Assembly: GCF_006345805.1 (NCBI RefSeq)
Contig: NW_021829832.1
Coordinates: 620,001-684,000 of the forward strand
DNA length: 64,000 nt
DNA from: Octopus sinensis
Lineage: Eukaryota
Direction of reading: 5' to 3'
Shown here: positions 51,077-63,849 of the stretch, piece by piece
Layout of the letters: the number at the start of each line of letters is the position of its first letter
How positions within the stretch are numbered: position 1 is the stretch's first letter
The notes under the pieces: generated by a model
Databases searched by the model: none
The model's input: the letters and a program-made list of their open reading frames with translations, nothing else
What the model was told of the DNA's origin: nothing
Made by a program: the position numbers and the translations under genes

Positions 51077-51474
51077 ACTTTATTCAAAAATTGTCTGGTT
51101 CGCCTTTAAATCATATTTTAAAGTTAAATATTCGAAAAATTACATATTTCAAATTTGTTAAATTCCAATGTTCGAAACCAATGAAAATGCTAGATTAGGT
51201 CTAAAACCAGCAATTTTTTTTGAAACAATTTTTAACCTTTAGAACTAGTCAACCTATCAGCGAATTAAAAAACTAAAAATAACCTTATTTAAAGAGTATA
51301 TTTCACATTCAACTTAGTTAAGAATGTCGATATAATTGGAATGCCATTCATTATTTATTTTATCTTTAAAGCCTTTCACTGTCCATTTTAGCCTTTAATA
51401 TCGAACCCTAAGACTTGGTTGAAAATTATCTAACTTAGATAAGTTCAATTAAACTAAAAAAACAAAATGATTTG

Positions 51475-52441
51475 TTAAATATAAGCTAATGCTTTAAGAG
51501 CAGACGGAGCACTCGATGTAATCCACGCATGTCTCAACATCTCATCGAGTCCCAACCTCGTTTTAGGCGGATTAACCAAAATCTAAAATACCCCACTTAA
51601 AACTACCCTAATAATAAAATCCTTGGATTCCACATTAAAAAAAAGATCGGGAAATTCAAATTTGACTTTGGATATCTTTTCGTAGGTCTGTCGATCAGAA
51701 TCAGCAGCGAAGGGTGCAGACCCACAAATCAGTTCGAAAGCGAGTACTCCAACACTCCAATTATCAACCATGTGATCATAATGTTCAGCCGACACTATTT
51801 CCGGTGCCATATAATCAGGAGTCCCACAAAGTGTAGTTCTCCTAAACATAAAAAACGGAATAAATACAAATTGTTAGGAGAGTGGACAGACCAACCAAAG
51901 TCTGCCAGTTTAGCACTGTAGTCAATTCCTAAAAGAATGTTCTCAGGCTTAATATCTCGGTGGATCACTCCTCGTTTGTGGCAGTATTGGAGAGCAGAGA
52001 TAATTTGACAGACGATTGTGGCACTTGACGCGTTATTTAGTCGTTTTCTTCTCTGTAGCAAATCAAAGAGCTCTCCATGGGGGGCATATTCGAGTACGAG
52101 AAATATTTTGTCCTTTTCGTGAAAGAATTGGTAGAGTCTCAGGATATGTGGATGTCTATTCATTATATGAAGGTTTTACTGAACATGTATCTGATTTTCG
52201 ACTTCTCTGCGGAATTGACAGACCAAATTGTTTTGTACAATTTGGGATTTGAACAAAATCTTGGGTTATTTTAGTCGCATTTACTTTTAGAGCGACAATT
52301 GTGTTGTAATTCTTTTCCTTTGCTAAGTAAACGTGTCCAAAACGTCCCCCTCCGAGTGGCTTTCCGATTGAAAAACTACTCAGTGATATATTTTTCCTTT
52401 TGTATATTTTAATTTAATATTTCTTACTCTTTAATAGACAT
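51475..52441 (-). CDS. Aurora kinase
   Basis: [62 protein letters not shown]. Confidence 0.92.
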
Positions 52442-53366
52442 GAACCACCTCGAAATAAAATGTCCGCCAAATATATTATATTAAATAATAAATAATCTGA
52501 GTTCACTTTGAGTAACTATTTCTTTAATATTTTTCTTCCGTAATTTAGTGTGTCGGATATAAAGGTATGTCGTCAATGTTCTTGCCCATCTAGGATGTTA
52601 CGTTGTCAACGTTGTTTCGAATAATTGATAAATTTATTTCAAGGATATTAATTTTCTCTTTTTATTTTTGAGTTATGCCCATATCCATTGATGAGGCCAA
52701 ACTATGAATCCCGTTGACCTACCAACATGATTTCATATTAGATATTCTTTACAGTCGGGAATTTTGTTATAACAATATTTTACACATTTTTTCTTTTTTC
52801 TTAAACGTTTCACAATAATTTAATTATTCTTTTTAGTTGATTCATTTATTTGTTAAATTTTTCACTTTTTAACCAAAAAATATCATCAAAAAACGACTCT
52901 AGTCTTTCAAAAATATATTTCTTTAATAGTTTGAGAGAGTGATGTTTTACCTGAACTTATATTATGAATTACATTGATTGACCTTCAATAAAACCACTAT
53001 TTTTAGAAAAAACAGAATCAGAAACTTATATTCAATTGAACCCAAAAGAGCAATTGAAACTTATTAAATAAGCTTGGAATAGTCATTTTAAAATTAAAAT
53101 ACAGACTGTAAAGTTAATAAAAATATGATATTAGATAAATAGAAAAGTCAGATTACCATCGTTAGTCGAGAACTCTGAGCCCAATTTAAAAAAATTCACA
53201 ATAATTCATCTACTGATAATTTCACTTTGTAAAAATTTAATTTTCATGAAAATAGACAAAATCTTGTTAACATATCAGATTTCCATAATAATTAAGCGGT
53301 ACGGAGTGTGCGTCATTGATGAGATAGTACATATAAATAGATTCGAACGTCGACTAAAATAAAACA

Positions 53367-53780
53367 ATGTCGAAAAAAGATGCTCCCGAATCGAAAACTC
53401 GTCAGACTGGTGGATCTTTTATCATGCAGTCATTTTAGATTGCCCTTTCATTTCAGTGAGGGCTCGACAGAGAAAAACTGTCGAAAAAATACAACTTCCA
53501 AACAAAAAACCCGAGAAAGTGAATATAAATTCAAGTATATCGGTTTCCAATACGTAAAGAACCTCGAGTGAGCTATGATCTGGATTCGATGATTCGAATA
53601 AGAGATTCTCCTACCAGTGGCTATTCCTCAGCGTCAGAGTGGTCAAAGGGCAGTCTCTTTTCGAGCTTCGAGGTCAATTCTCCCTCCAGTGAAAGTTGCA
53701 TCTCGAAAATCAAATTCAGTTTACTTTTTTATATAATCATTTTTATTAGATTCAAAAAATGCCAAACTTCAAAATCCTGA
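53367..53780 (+). CDS. Possible lineage-specific Ser-rich protein
   Basis: ATG after an AT-rich stretch; plausible micro-intron joins of ORF pieces; no recognisable domain. Confidence 0.2.
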
Positions 53781-55153
53781 AGAGTCTGGTTTTATATTTC
53801 ATAAACTGTTTCAGAATCTGAATCACATACCCAAGAATGATAAAATAAAAAGCCTTCTTTTTATGAAATTTAAAATAAACTGGGTTTTATGAATTATTTT
53901 TCACACAATTTTATTGTAAGATAATTAAAAAGTAATTAGAAAGAAATTTTACTGCCAAAAATGCACTGTTGTATTGTTAAAGTTTAATATTAAAATTTGA
54001 CATTCCGACAATTTTTATAAAGTGCATCTTTTGGGCTGATTTTAGCTCTATACGTAATAAAACGATTTTTTTCCTAGTTAATTAGTTATTATTCTTAAAT
54101 AAAAAGATAAATAATTTTCTAACGTCTCTTTAACGTCATTTATATTTCTTTTTCTAAATAAAATACCCAAAGTTCCTCCTATTTCGATAACTTTATACTA
54201 TTTAATCCGAACTGATGCTGCTGTGGAATACAAGACGTGGAATATTTTTTTAATCAAAAATCGAAAAATACGAATATGCTCATCAAGATTGAGACAACCT
54301 AGAAAAGTTGCTTGAATTAGGTCAAAGCGGAAAAATTCGTGTTTTGGAAAATTTGGATATCATAAGTGGAGAATAAACATTGATTTTCCATTTTTCATAT
54401 GGAGAGGCATCTGAATTTCGAGCCCAGCTGCAGAATATCTCTGAATCTGGATTGCAGATAGATATTTACCGATTCTAGGCTATCTTAATCGCTCTAAAAG
54501 AAATTTGTGACAGAGACGACTTGAGTTAATTAATTAGTTTAAGAAAAACCCGACATTTTAATTTACAATAAGGTCATCTAGAAGATTGTTATCGTGGTGG
54601 TGGGGATCACATGCCTAAATCATTTGCAAAAGTTGGAAGCGGATTGCAAAAATATGAAGATGATGCCTTAGCCCACGTCATTCCTTGTGCAATGACATGC
54701 TAGCCAAATATTACAAGTGTTACTGTTTAGCCTAAACAAGAATATCCAGGGTTATATCCAGGGTTATATCCAGTTGACTGTTCTTAAAAGAACTTTTGAG
54801 ACTGTCTCTTTTGATGCTCCCCGATTCAATCCTTTTCTACATTTAATCAACTAGAAACCCTGGAATGCACGTTTTTGGAAATTTACAAAGCCAGAGCAAA
54901 ATGTTGTTTTTCAAGATTTGGAAATTAGTTATCACAATAAAATATTTGATGCCTCTTTTTGAAAGAACAACAATTTTTGGAAAATCTCTTGACTTTCTAT
55001 ATTGGTTTTTTTCAGTAATCTTCGAGTTTTTGAGCATACAAGTGTCTTTTTAGAGTCTTTAAATTCGTGATTAATTTCTCTGTCATAATTAATCTAACAA
55101 AATTGAACTTTAATTAAAGTTAATTTCAGTCTTAATTTTATTTTTATTGCACA

Positions 55154-56996
55154 ATGTACTTTAGAAGTAAGTTTACTCAATTTTTAAGAATTAAAGGCCC
55201 ACTACGTGAATTTATCGGACCTAGTCAAAGTGGGTTTTTTTCTGGAAGATCAACTTCCGATGCTGTTTGGAGCCACAAATGGATGTGTGCTTCGTGCCAA
55301 AAATATAAAGGGGAGTACCACATAATGGGAATCGACCTATCTAAAGCATTTGACTCAATCAGTAGAATTAAGATGATTCAAATATTAACGCCACTACTCG
55401 AAGAAGATTGCAACAGAATAATTTGTTATCTACTCTTCTCCACTCAGCTATTTATCCAGCTTGAAAATCAGAAATCCAGAGTATTCGAAACAAACAAAGG
55501 AGATGCCCTACCCCCGGTCTTATTCATTGTATATCTGGAGGCGACCCTACGAGATGCCAGGAATAATATCCCCAGACATATTACAGAAGTCATCTTCGCA
55601 TATAATATAGATTTCACGGCAACAGACCACCAATTAGAAGGTACTATGGACAAATTGGCCAACACTTTTGAAAAATCATTCCTAAAAATTAACACTGAGA
55701 AAACAGAATACACTATAGTGAGGCGATGTGAACAACAACACGAGGAAAAATGGAGGTATACAAAGAAACTTGGCACTCTCTTAGGAGATACAGAAGACAT
55801 GATACGAAGAAAATCACTAGCAACTTTCGCGCTTAAGAGATTAAACAACATATGGTTGAGAGGCAAACAAATTTCTACGTTTTTAAAAATCAAACTATAC
55901 AATATGTTCGTAAAACCAGTTTTACTGTACAACTCCTCCACTTGGGCACTCACAGTGCACGTAATGGAAAATCTGAATTCTTTCCATATAATGCAGCTGA
56001 AATACATCCTAAGAATCTTTTGGCCAAAATACACCCCTCGACATTAAAATCCGGACAGTTAATAAATCGTCATTTTTATTATCAAATTTAGAAAAAAAAA
56101 CCTTTGAGCATAATATTTTTTCGAAAGCAACAAAGGAGTATTTTTCTGCAAACAAAATTAATTTACTCGATTGGCCGGCTCAATCCCCCGATATGAATCC
56201 CATTGAACATATTTGGTCAAAAATTAAATATGAATTATCGAGGGATGATACAGAAAATCGACCAAAAAATAAACATCAACAAAAGGAGAAAATATTAGAA
56301 ATTTGGAATAAAGTTCCAATTGATTTTATTCGAAAATTAATAAATTCGATGAAAACTCGGAGTTTAGAGTTATATAAATCAAGAGGAAAGCATATTCCTT
56401 ATTGATATTTTATTTTTTGAAATTTGTCCGGAATTTTTTGTCTTAAAAAAATCGGTTTTGCTTTATTCTCAATATTTTAAAAAGATTTATAAATAAATAT
56501 TATAAAATTAAAAAATATAGATGATATTAGCATGCTTAAGTTTTTAATTTAATAAAATTGATAATAAAAATGACGATTTATTAACTGTCCGGATTTTAAT
56601 GTCGAGGGGTGTACATATCAAACAAACATCTCTACTCCAAGTAAAATGTACATCCGTTGGACAAAGAACTGAGAAGTAATAGATGGGACTTATTCGGTCA
56701 CATCCTAAGAATGGACAGGAAAACTCCCGCAAATCTCGCAATGGGACACCACTACGCTCCCCATCCGGGAACAATCTTCGAGAAAGACAGCGAATCACTC
56801 TAGCAACCCTTCTGCATCAAGATCTAACTTTGATTGGAAAAGGGTTGAAATCAGCAGACGATCTTGAGCACCTAAGGGAACTATCGAGGAACAGAGGGAC
56901 TTGAAGCGATTAACAAAATGCATCCAGAAGAGGGTGGCACAAGCGAGATAACTTTACTAACGTTATTTTGCGGTGTGCTTATTAATAATAATAATT
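55154..56996 (+). mobile_element. RTE-like LINE interrupted by a Tc1 derivative
   Basis: QSGFFSGRSTSD, IDLSKAFDSI, PVLLYNSSTW; the frame resumes after 56613 (YISNKHLY..RWDLFGHILRMD); ends in (AAT)n. Confidence 0.82.
56032..56611 (+). mobile_element. Internally deleted Tc1 element (580 bp)
   Basis: 54-bp perfect TIR (CACCCCTCGACATTAAAATCCGGACAG...), TA duplication, and a transposase C-terminus WPAQSPDMNPIEHIW. Confidence 0.93.
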
Positions 56997-57039
56997 GAGT
57001 TTTAATTTTTAGATGACTCCTTAGCTGCTTAAAACCCGG

Positions 57040-57480
57040 CTCATAATCTTCGCAAGTCCACCAACAAACAAAAAATACGTGCAATCTTTGGACATTACTC
57101 TGTTGAAAATCCCTTTGGAAAACAGAAAAAAGACCACCATTAATACACGACTTTATCTCCACGAAGGCCATCCGGAGACTATCACCGAACAAAATACTTT
57201 AAGAATCTCCTCAGGAAATCGACAAATCAGAATACTACTGCAAAGAAAGGAACGTGTGATTCTCAAAAGACTTCGCTGCGGACATCACTTCTACCTTGGA
57301 CATGATTACATAAAAAAACAAAAAAAGACTCTGTCATGTGTGTAATTCCAATCCGATTTCTGTCCACCACTTGTTCTACTGTTGCTACCACATGCAGCGC
57401 TTTGAGATCTCTCGGAGCGACCTTCCCATGGTGTGCGCCGCTTAATAGCTAATGGCTTCCTGCATTTCCGGAAGTTCGAG
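57040..57480 (+). mobile_element. I-group-like LINE C-terminal remnant
   Basis: ERVILKRLRCGHH..SVHHLFYC. Confidence 0.45.
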
Positions 57481-57859
57481 CTACTAACTAATTGCCTAAA
57501 TTATTGGCAGGAGTTGAAATGTATGAATCTCCTATTTTAGCTTTAGCAAAATCAGCATTTCCATTAAAAATGGGAAATTCACCGACCGAGGATGAGGTCT
57601 CTAGTGGATTGCATTGATATCACGTAACTATTTGTCAAATTTCTACTGTGATCTTTGTGTTTCAATAAAATAATAAATAAATATTTTTACCTGTTTTTCA
57701 TAAGTCACAATTTTGATAAAAATTTTCAAGATTACATATAATTTAAAGACCTAAGTATTTTTTGTAATTTTATATGTATCCATGACTTTGAGAGAAGAAC
57801 TATACTTTACCCTCAGGAACAAAAAAAGTCATCGCAAACCAATTTGAGAAACAATTTAA

Positions 57860-59105
57860 CACATTAAATGGATCTCTGGATGCTTTCGTCGGACCGCCAA
57901 AAGAATTAGTAATTCCGATTACGTCTGAAGAAGTGCAATCAACAATTTTAAAATTGAGGAACAGTCGATTTCCGGGACCCGATAACATTAACTTCGAAAT
58001 ACTGAAATACGGGCCATATATACTAATTGAAACCATTGCTAAACTGCTGAACGATATGTTCACATCGAATTCTTCTCTACCTTTGGGGAAAGGCATTCCA
58101 ATCCCAATTCAAAAACCACATAAGCCGAAAGGCCCTTTGGAGAACCTACGGCCGGTCATTCTTTTAAACTCTCTTCGAAAAGTGCTTGCACTGATCATCC
58201 TGAATCAAATAAAAGAGCCTGTCGACGAATACCTCTCTGCCAGTCATAGTGGGTTCAGACAAGGGAGATCTACAGCGGATATTGTATGGAGCCATCGATA
58301 AAGATGCGCTATATCTCAAAGATTCAAATGTGCAACCAAGCTTTTGGGAATTGACATGTCAATTGAATTAAGAAAATGGTTCCTTTGTGTAAACAAAGAA
58401 AAAAACTGATCTTGTGAAAGTAACAAGATCAAATGACAAAATCGATGAAAAATGAAGCCATGTACAAAAACTTGCCTCTCTTCTGGGAGACAGTGAGGAT
58501 ATTGCAAGGAGAAAAATGCTTGCATCTACAGCAATACAACTCCGGACAAGGAAGGAATGGATATCATATGGATCAGCGAATGTTCAACTCCGGACAAGGC
58601 TTTACAATGCCTTTGTGAAACCCGTGTTAATGTATAACTCCTCCACTTGGGGTTGCACAGATACGGAACTGACACGTCTTAACAGTTTCCACAGAGAACA
58701 ATTGAGAAAACTGTTCAAAATGCAATGGCCCTATATAATATCCCCGGAGTCGTTATACAGAAAGTGTTCTACAAGGCCACTTTGCATTGACATTGTTGAA
58801 TCCCGCAGGAAGCTATTTGGACACATACTGCGAATGGACCACTCCGCACCCGCAAATACGGTGATGGGGGATTAATTCCAATGCGACAAACCACGATTCC
58901 GGAGACGCCTACGCACTACGTTACCTGTCATTCTAAACGCAGACCTCGCCCGAATCAAATCCTGTCAAGACCGGTGATGACTTGGACAGGCTGCGGCTCA
59001 CAGCGCTTAACCGAGGAAAATAGAGGAGACTCGTTACTAACATTGTTTTGGGTGTTGCACAGGTAGGACTATAATTATTATGGCCCTACAATAAGTGCGT
59101 TAATA
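57860..59105 (+). mobile_element. Decayed RTE-like LINE
   Basis: PGPDNINFEILKY, LRPVILLNSLRK, SGFRQGRSTAD, YNAFVKPVLMYNSSTW, LFGHILRMD; RT core deleted. Confidence 0.8.
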
Positions 59106-59349
59106 ATATATATCCAAGAAGTCCAGAAGAGTATTATTACAATATCAAGCAATGACTTCTACTAAAAGTGAAGAGTCTCCTGTCCACTTCTTTGAAGTAG
59201 ACTATCAAAACGTTCTTCTCTGATCTTCAAATCGTTTACTTTAATTTGCCGACAGTCATTCTACTCATTTCTGTAATCACAGGAGTATAAATTTACATTA
59301 GATAAACTAATATGATTAGCATGACTAACAAATCTTTAAAACTCGTAGG

Positions 59350-59470
59350 GAGAATCGAGAAACTGATCTCCAGAAGACGACGAGAGCCTTTGGAAAACTA
59401 ATGGCTGTTCCAAAGAATCTTAATTGCAATTCTGAGGAGCAACGTCTTTTCGATCATTAGTAGTTTTATG
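59350..59470 (+). mobile_element. CRE-like 3' tail, decayed
   Basis: WLFQRILIAILRSNVFSI. Confidence 0.5.
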
Positions 59471-59864
59471 CTAATTCGTGGGCATGCAGGCCGTATTAAT
59501 TCATCTTTCGACCTGATTAATAATTGCTAGAAGTGATCCCAATCTCAATTAAAGTTACAATGACTAGACAAATCAATATTTATAGTGGTTTCCACTCGTG
59601 ACTTGATTAGCTACTGTAGATTAGATTAAGTATTACTCGAGTCTCTTTGATTTTGTAATTCTATACTGTCACAAATAAACATCAAGAATTTTATTTAGAC
59701 AAATCAATATAACAAAGAGGAATTTCCCATTCAACGGCTACAAATAGTCTTGGCATTCAAAGAATTTCTTCATTCATTCCTAGAGCCGCAAAACCATAAA
59801 TACACAAGTAATAAATTGACCAAAATAAAACTACTCAAAACCACGAGAAAAACCAAAGACAATA

Positions 59865-61010
59865 TCAATGAGCCCGCCTATACAAGTGGGTGGGTCTAAA
59901 GTCACGAGTCCCCTCATTCCCAGCCACCTTCGACCTGTAATCCGGCAGTATAGGCAAAAACTCAGGCTCACAAGGCAAAGGGGCCTCCAAAAAGTAATCC
60001 GAATCAGCACAGGCAGAAGCAGTCACTCGCTTGGTCGGGTCATAAGTGAACATTGAGTTAAGAAGTGCCAGTCCAGACTCAGAAAGCCGAGGAAAGGTCT
60101 GCTTCATCGTATTATAAGGCTGATTCCTGAGAGTGAACTTCTTGAGAAGAGGCAGCTGATCCATCTCCGGCCAAATCTTGTTCGTAGGCGAACCGAACTG
60201 CTTGATAATGTAATCAATCTGCTCTATTTCAGTTCTACGACACTGGACTGAAGCACAGAGAAACTAGACCTTCCAGGCATGAATGGTTTCCACAGCAAGA
60301 GCTCGGCCAAAATGCATCCCCCCGCCCAAATATCAATCCCAGTCGTCTGGTGAGAAGCCCCCAGGAGAATCTCCGGAGACCGATACCACAGAGTGACCAC
60401 ATTCGGACTCATCGGGGTCAGAGGCAACTGGTATATCCTCGACAACCCCAAATCCGCGATTTTGATCTGCCCCTTACTAGTCATTAGCAAATTAGAAAGT
60501 TTGAGGTCTCGGTGGATGACGTAGTTGATGTGAAGGAATCGGAGACCTGCCAAGACCTACGAATGGGTGGACAAGACTGACCTGAAGAAACACACATTTG
60601 ACTTGAGCCTCGTCGAATGGCCGACTTAAATTGTCACAAATCGAGGCCAAGTCGTGATCACAAAATTCCATGGCCAGGTAAATGGAGGACAGGTCCTTGT
60701 CCACAAAGACTTCTTTAAAGTTGACCAAATGCTCATGTTGGAGGTTTAGGAGGATGTTGATTTCACGGAGAGCTGTGACGGGGATTCCCACCACGGACTG
60801 TTTTCCTGGGTTCATTTTGACTCGTTTGAGGGCGAATATTTCTCTGGAACGTCTGTTTATAGCCCTGTAGACCACCCCGTAGGCTCCTTCTCCGATTGTG
60901 TTGAGGATTTCGAATCGGTCTATGGACCGGCAGAGTCCCCACTTGTCGTCATCTGGCACAACGAAAGGCTTGAGGGTGGATAATGAAATGAGTCTGAGTC
61001 TATGATCCAT
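59865..61010 (-). CDS. CDK10: Cyclin-dependent kinase 10
   Basis: [93 protein letters not shown]. Confidence 0.93.
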
Positions 61011-61371
61011 CACAAGACTAATTCAATATTATTATTTTATTTTAATTAAATATTCAAAAATTACTGAATTATAAATTAGACATTAATATTCCATTACGTA
61101 TGAAAGTGCATTTAATTAAATAAATATTTATAGGCATTAAAAGTCGTCAAGTATTTAATTAGGCGTAGCATATGTTGCGATTTATTTTTTTGAAATAAAA
61201 TTAATTCAATTTGTAATCAATATACATTTGTTTATTATCTAATTACACGTTGCTACTTGTATTAATTCAATATTTATTTCAATGAGGTTTAACTTATTGA
61301 TTAATATTTAAGTATTTATAATTAAAACCTATTTAAAGTCTAAAATCGGTTGTTTTAATATTATAGTAGAA

Positions 61372-63449
61372 ATGGATTCATTGGTTGACTCCATTCTTTT
61401 CCCTTTGGAGGAACTCCAGCTTTGCTCCCAAGCAGAGAAAGAACTAGTCATCGTGACTAATCACCGAATTATCTGCCTCCTCCGTGCCGAATGGTCAGTC
61501 CTTTACAGAAAAATGATTAAAAATTGGACCACTTCTCCCACATGTATCTCCCTCGATAGATTCGATCTGGTCGAAACAAAAATCGACTTTGAAAAACACG
61601 AACAAAATAAACTTCTGAGCGAAACTCTGGACAGAACTCAACATTTGTGTGGACAGAGTGCATTTTTCTTATACAACAGCGAACATAAAGTTTTCAAAAC
61701 ACGGATGGAGTGGATGAAGGGAATCTCTGCCTTATTTGAAGGTTTTGGGTATCTAAAACCCCAGGGGTCCCCGATATTATGAGAAAGGAGATCAACAGAA
61801 TGGGCTTTGAGGTCGACTCTGGGAATACCTGGAGGATCTCGACAGTAAATAAGGATTTTGGAATGTGTCCGACATATCCGCAGACTTTGTTGTGTCCAGC
61901 TGACATGACTGATCTCCAATTGAAGGAAATGGCAGATTTCAGGAAGAAAATGAGGATTCCTTCTGTAGTGTGGCGGTATAGTTCAATCAGGGAAAGTGGA
62001 ATAGTTGTTCCTGGAATGGAGCCGTCCTGATGAGGTGTTCTCAGCCTCAATATGGGATTATTGGCCGGAGATGTCCCGAGGATGAATTGTTCATTTCCAG
62101 AGTGTCTGAAATGTGTGAAAATGGAATCAAAATTGCTGATTGTCGCTCTTATATGGCTGCCACTGCCAACAGGACCCGAGGAGGGGGAGTGGAGTTCCCA
62201 GGTTATGGAATGCCACCAAATTTGCAGAATATTACAACTTTCCAGTTTTTTTTCTAAATATTCCAAACATCCACAAAGTCCGCAGTTATGGAGATGATTT
62301 AAAAAACAACTGCTCTCAATGGCAGAGGAATAATGGCTCTCCTTTGGAGACTACCAAGTGGATGGAGTGCATCAGAAATATTCTGAGCTCAGGAAACGAA
62401 TGTGTTGGAGAAGTCATCGATTTTTCTCGATCCCTTCTCATACACTGTTCAGACGGATGGGACAGAACAGCTCAGATTTCTTCTCTCGTTCAAATTCAAC
62501 TCGACCCATACTATCGATCAATACTTGTACTAAGAACTATTTATAGATTAGGGATTCCAAGTGCTGGTTGAGAAGGAATGGGTTGCTCATGGCCATTGTT
62601 TTGCTACTCGGTGTGGGGGAGAGGAGGACTCGCCAGTTTTTGTGCAGTGGATTGAGTGTGTTTATCAGTTAATGATTCAGTTCCCCGATTACTTTGAATT
62701 TAATGAAGCTTTTTTGGTGACAGTCCCCCCTTACCATTCTGAGTAGATTAGACTTATCCAACATTCTTATTCTACTTTATTTGGAGACTTTTTGGCTAAT
62801 TCGGCAAAGGAACGTCAGGAATCGGGGATCGATGACAAGACATTTTGTCTTTGGTCTTATTTGTCACCTGAGGACCCTTCTTTCGTCAACCCCACATACT
62901 CAGCATGTCCCGCTTCCTTAAAAAACGTGCTCCTTTCTAATCAACATGATATCCAATTTTGGAAGAGACTGCATTTCGATTGGTCTCGGACATTGGACAT
63001 CACATCCAGACATCTCCAAGTGGGGGATCTTGTCAAACTCCCCTTTAAATTTGAAATGGACGAAACAGACGATTTTTCTCTATTTTTGGACGTGGACGGT
63101 CTTCCATGTTTTGAATACACCCCGACAGTAATCGAGACCAAGTCCACGTTATTTTCTGCAACTCAGACATTGGTATTTTATTATTATGATCATGTAGGAC
63201 TTAATTGACTCGGACGACTCCATTTTATCCGTCAGTGACATAGATAGCGCGGAATTGAGCTCGAATCATGGGACTGTGTGTCACCTCTGTACTAGAATTA
63301 TCGAATCAAATATCAGGCACTGCTGGTTGTAGTTTTGTATATTGACTCTTAGTATGTGTGGATTCTGCGTTTGTAGTCAATGTGTTGTCAATCGATGGTT
63401 TTTTTACAATAATCATCGACTGATTTGCATTAAATGTGGCTCTCTCTGA
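61372..63449 (+). CDS. MTMR3: Myotubularin-related phosphatase 3/4-like with a degenerate FYVE finger
   Basis: [26 protein letters not shown], intact [29 protein letters not shown], and C-terminal CHLC..RHCCMCG..CSQC..CIKC*. Confidence 0.88.
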
Positions 63450-63849
63450 TCATTCTATTTAATAAATCACGATTTTGTTCTTATTTACTTTAAATCAAAG
63501 TTATTTCAAGAATTAGCACTTAATTTGAGAATTGGATCCTGTCATAACATTTAACTTTAAACTAAAAATTCTTAATTTCGAAATATAAAAATTGAACTCC
63601 AATAAATACAATATCATCAAAAAACTCGATGACAACCAAAGTGTTGAAAAAGACGGGATAAGTGAAGAAATTCCTGAATTGTTTTATAAAAGATTGGAAT
63701 TATTTAAAGCCAAATTTTAAAAATAAATATCTTAGTTTTTGATGAATTTCTTCTCATTATCATTCAAAAGAAGAGTCTTGTACAAAACCTAGAATATTGA
63801 AATTATTATTATAGGCACTTTCGCAATGCCATGTATCATGACCAAACTT

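Noticed and set aside
17-63449. Alternative nuclear genetic code to explain the many short ORFs
   Set aside because: Stops fall inside removable micro-introns or dead transposons. CK1 reads 313 codons in the standard code, and TAA and TGA both end genes at expected positions.
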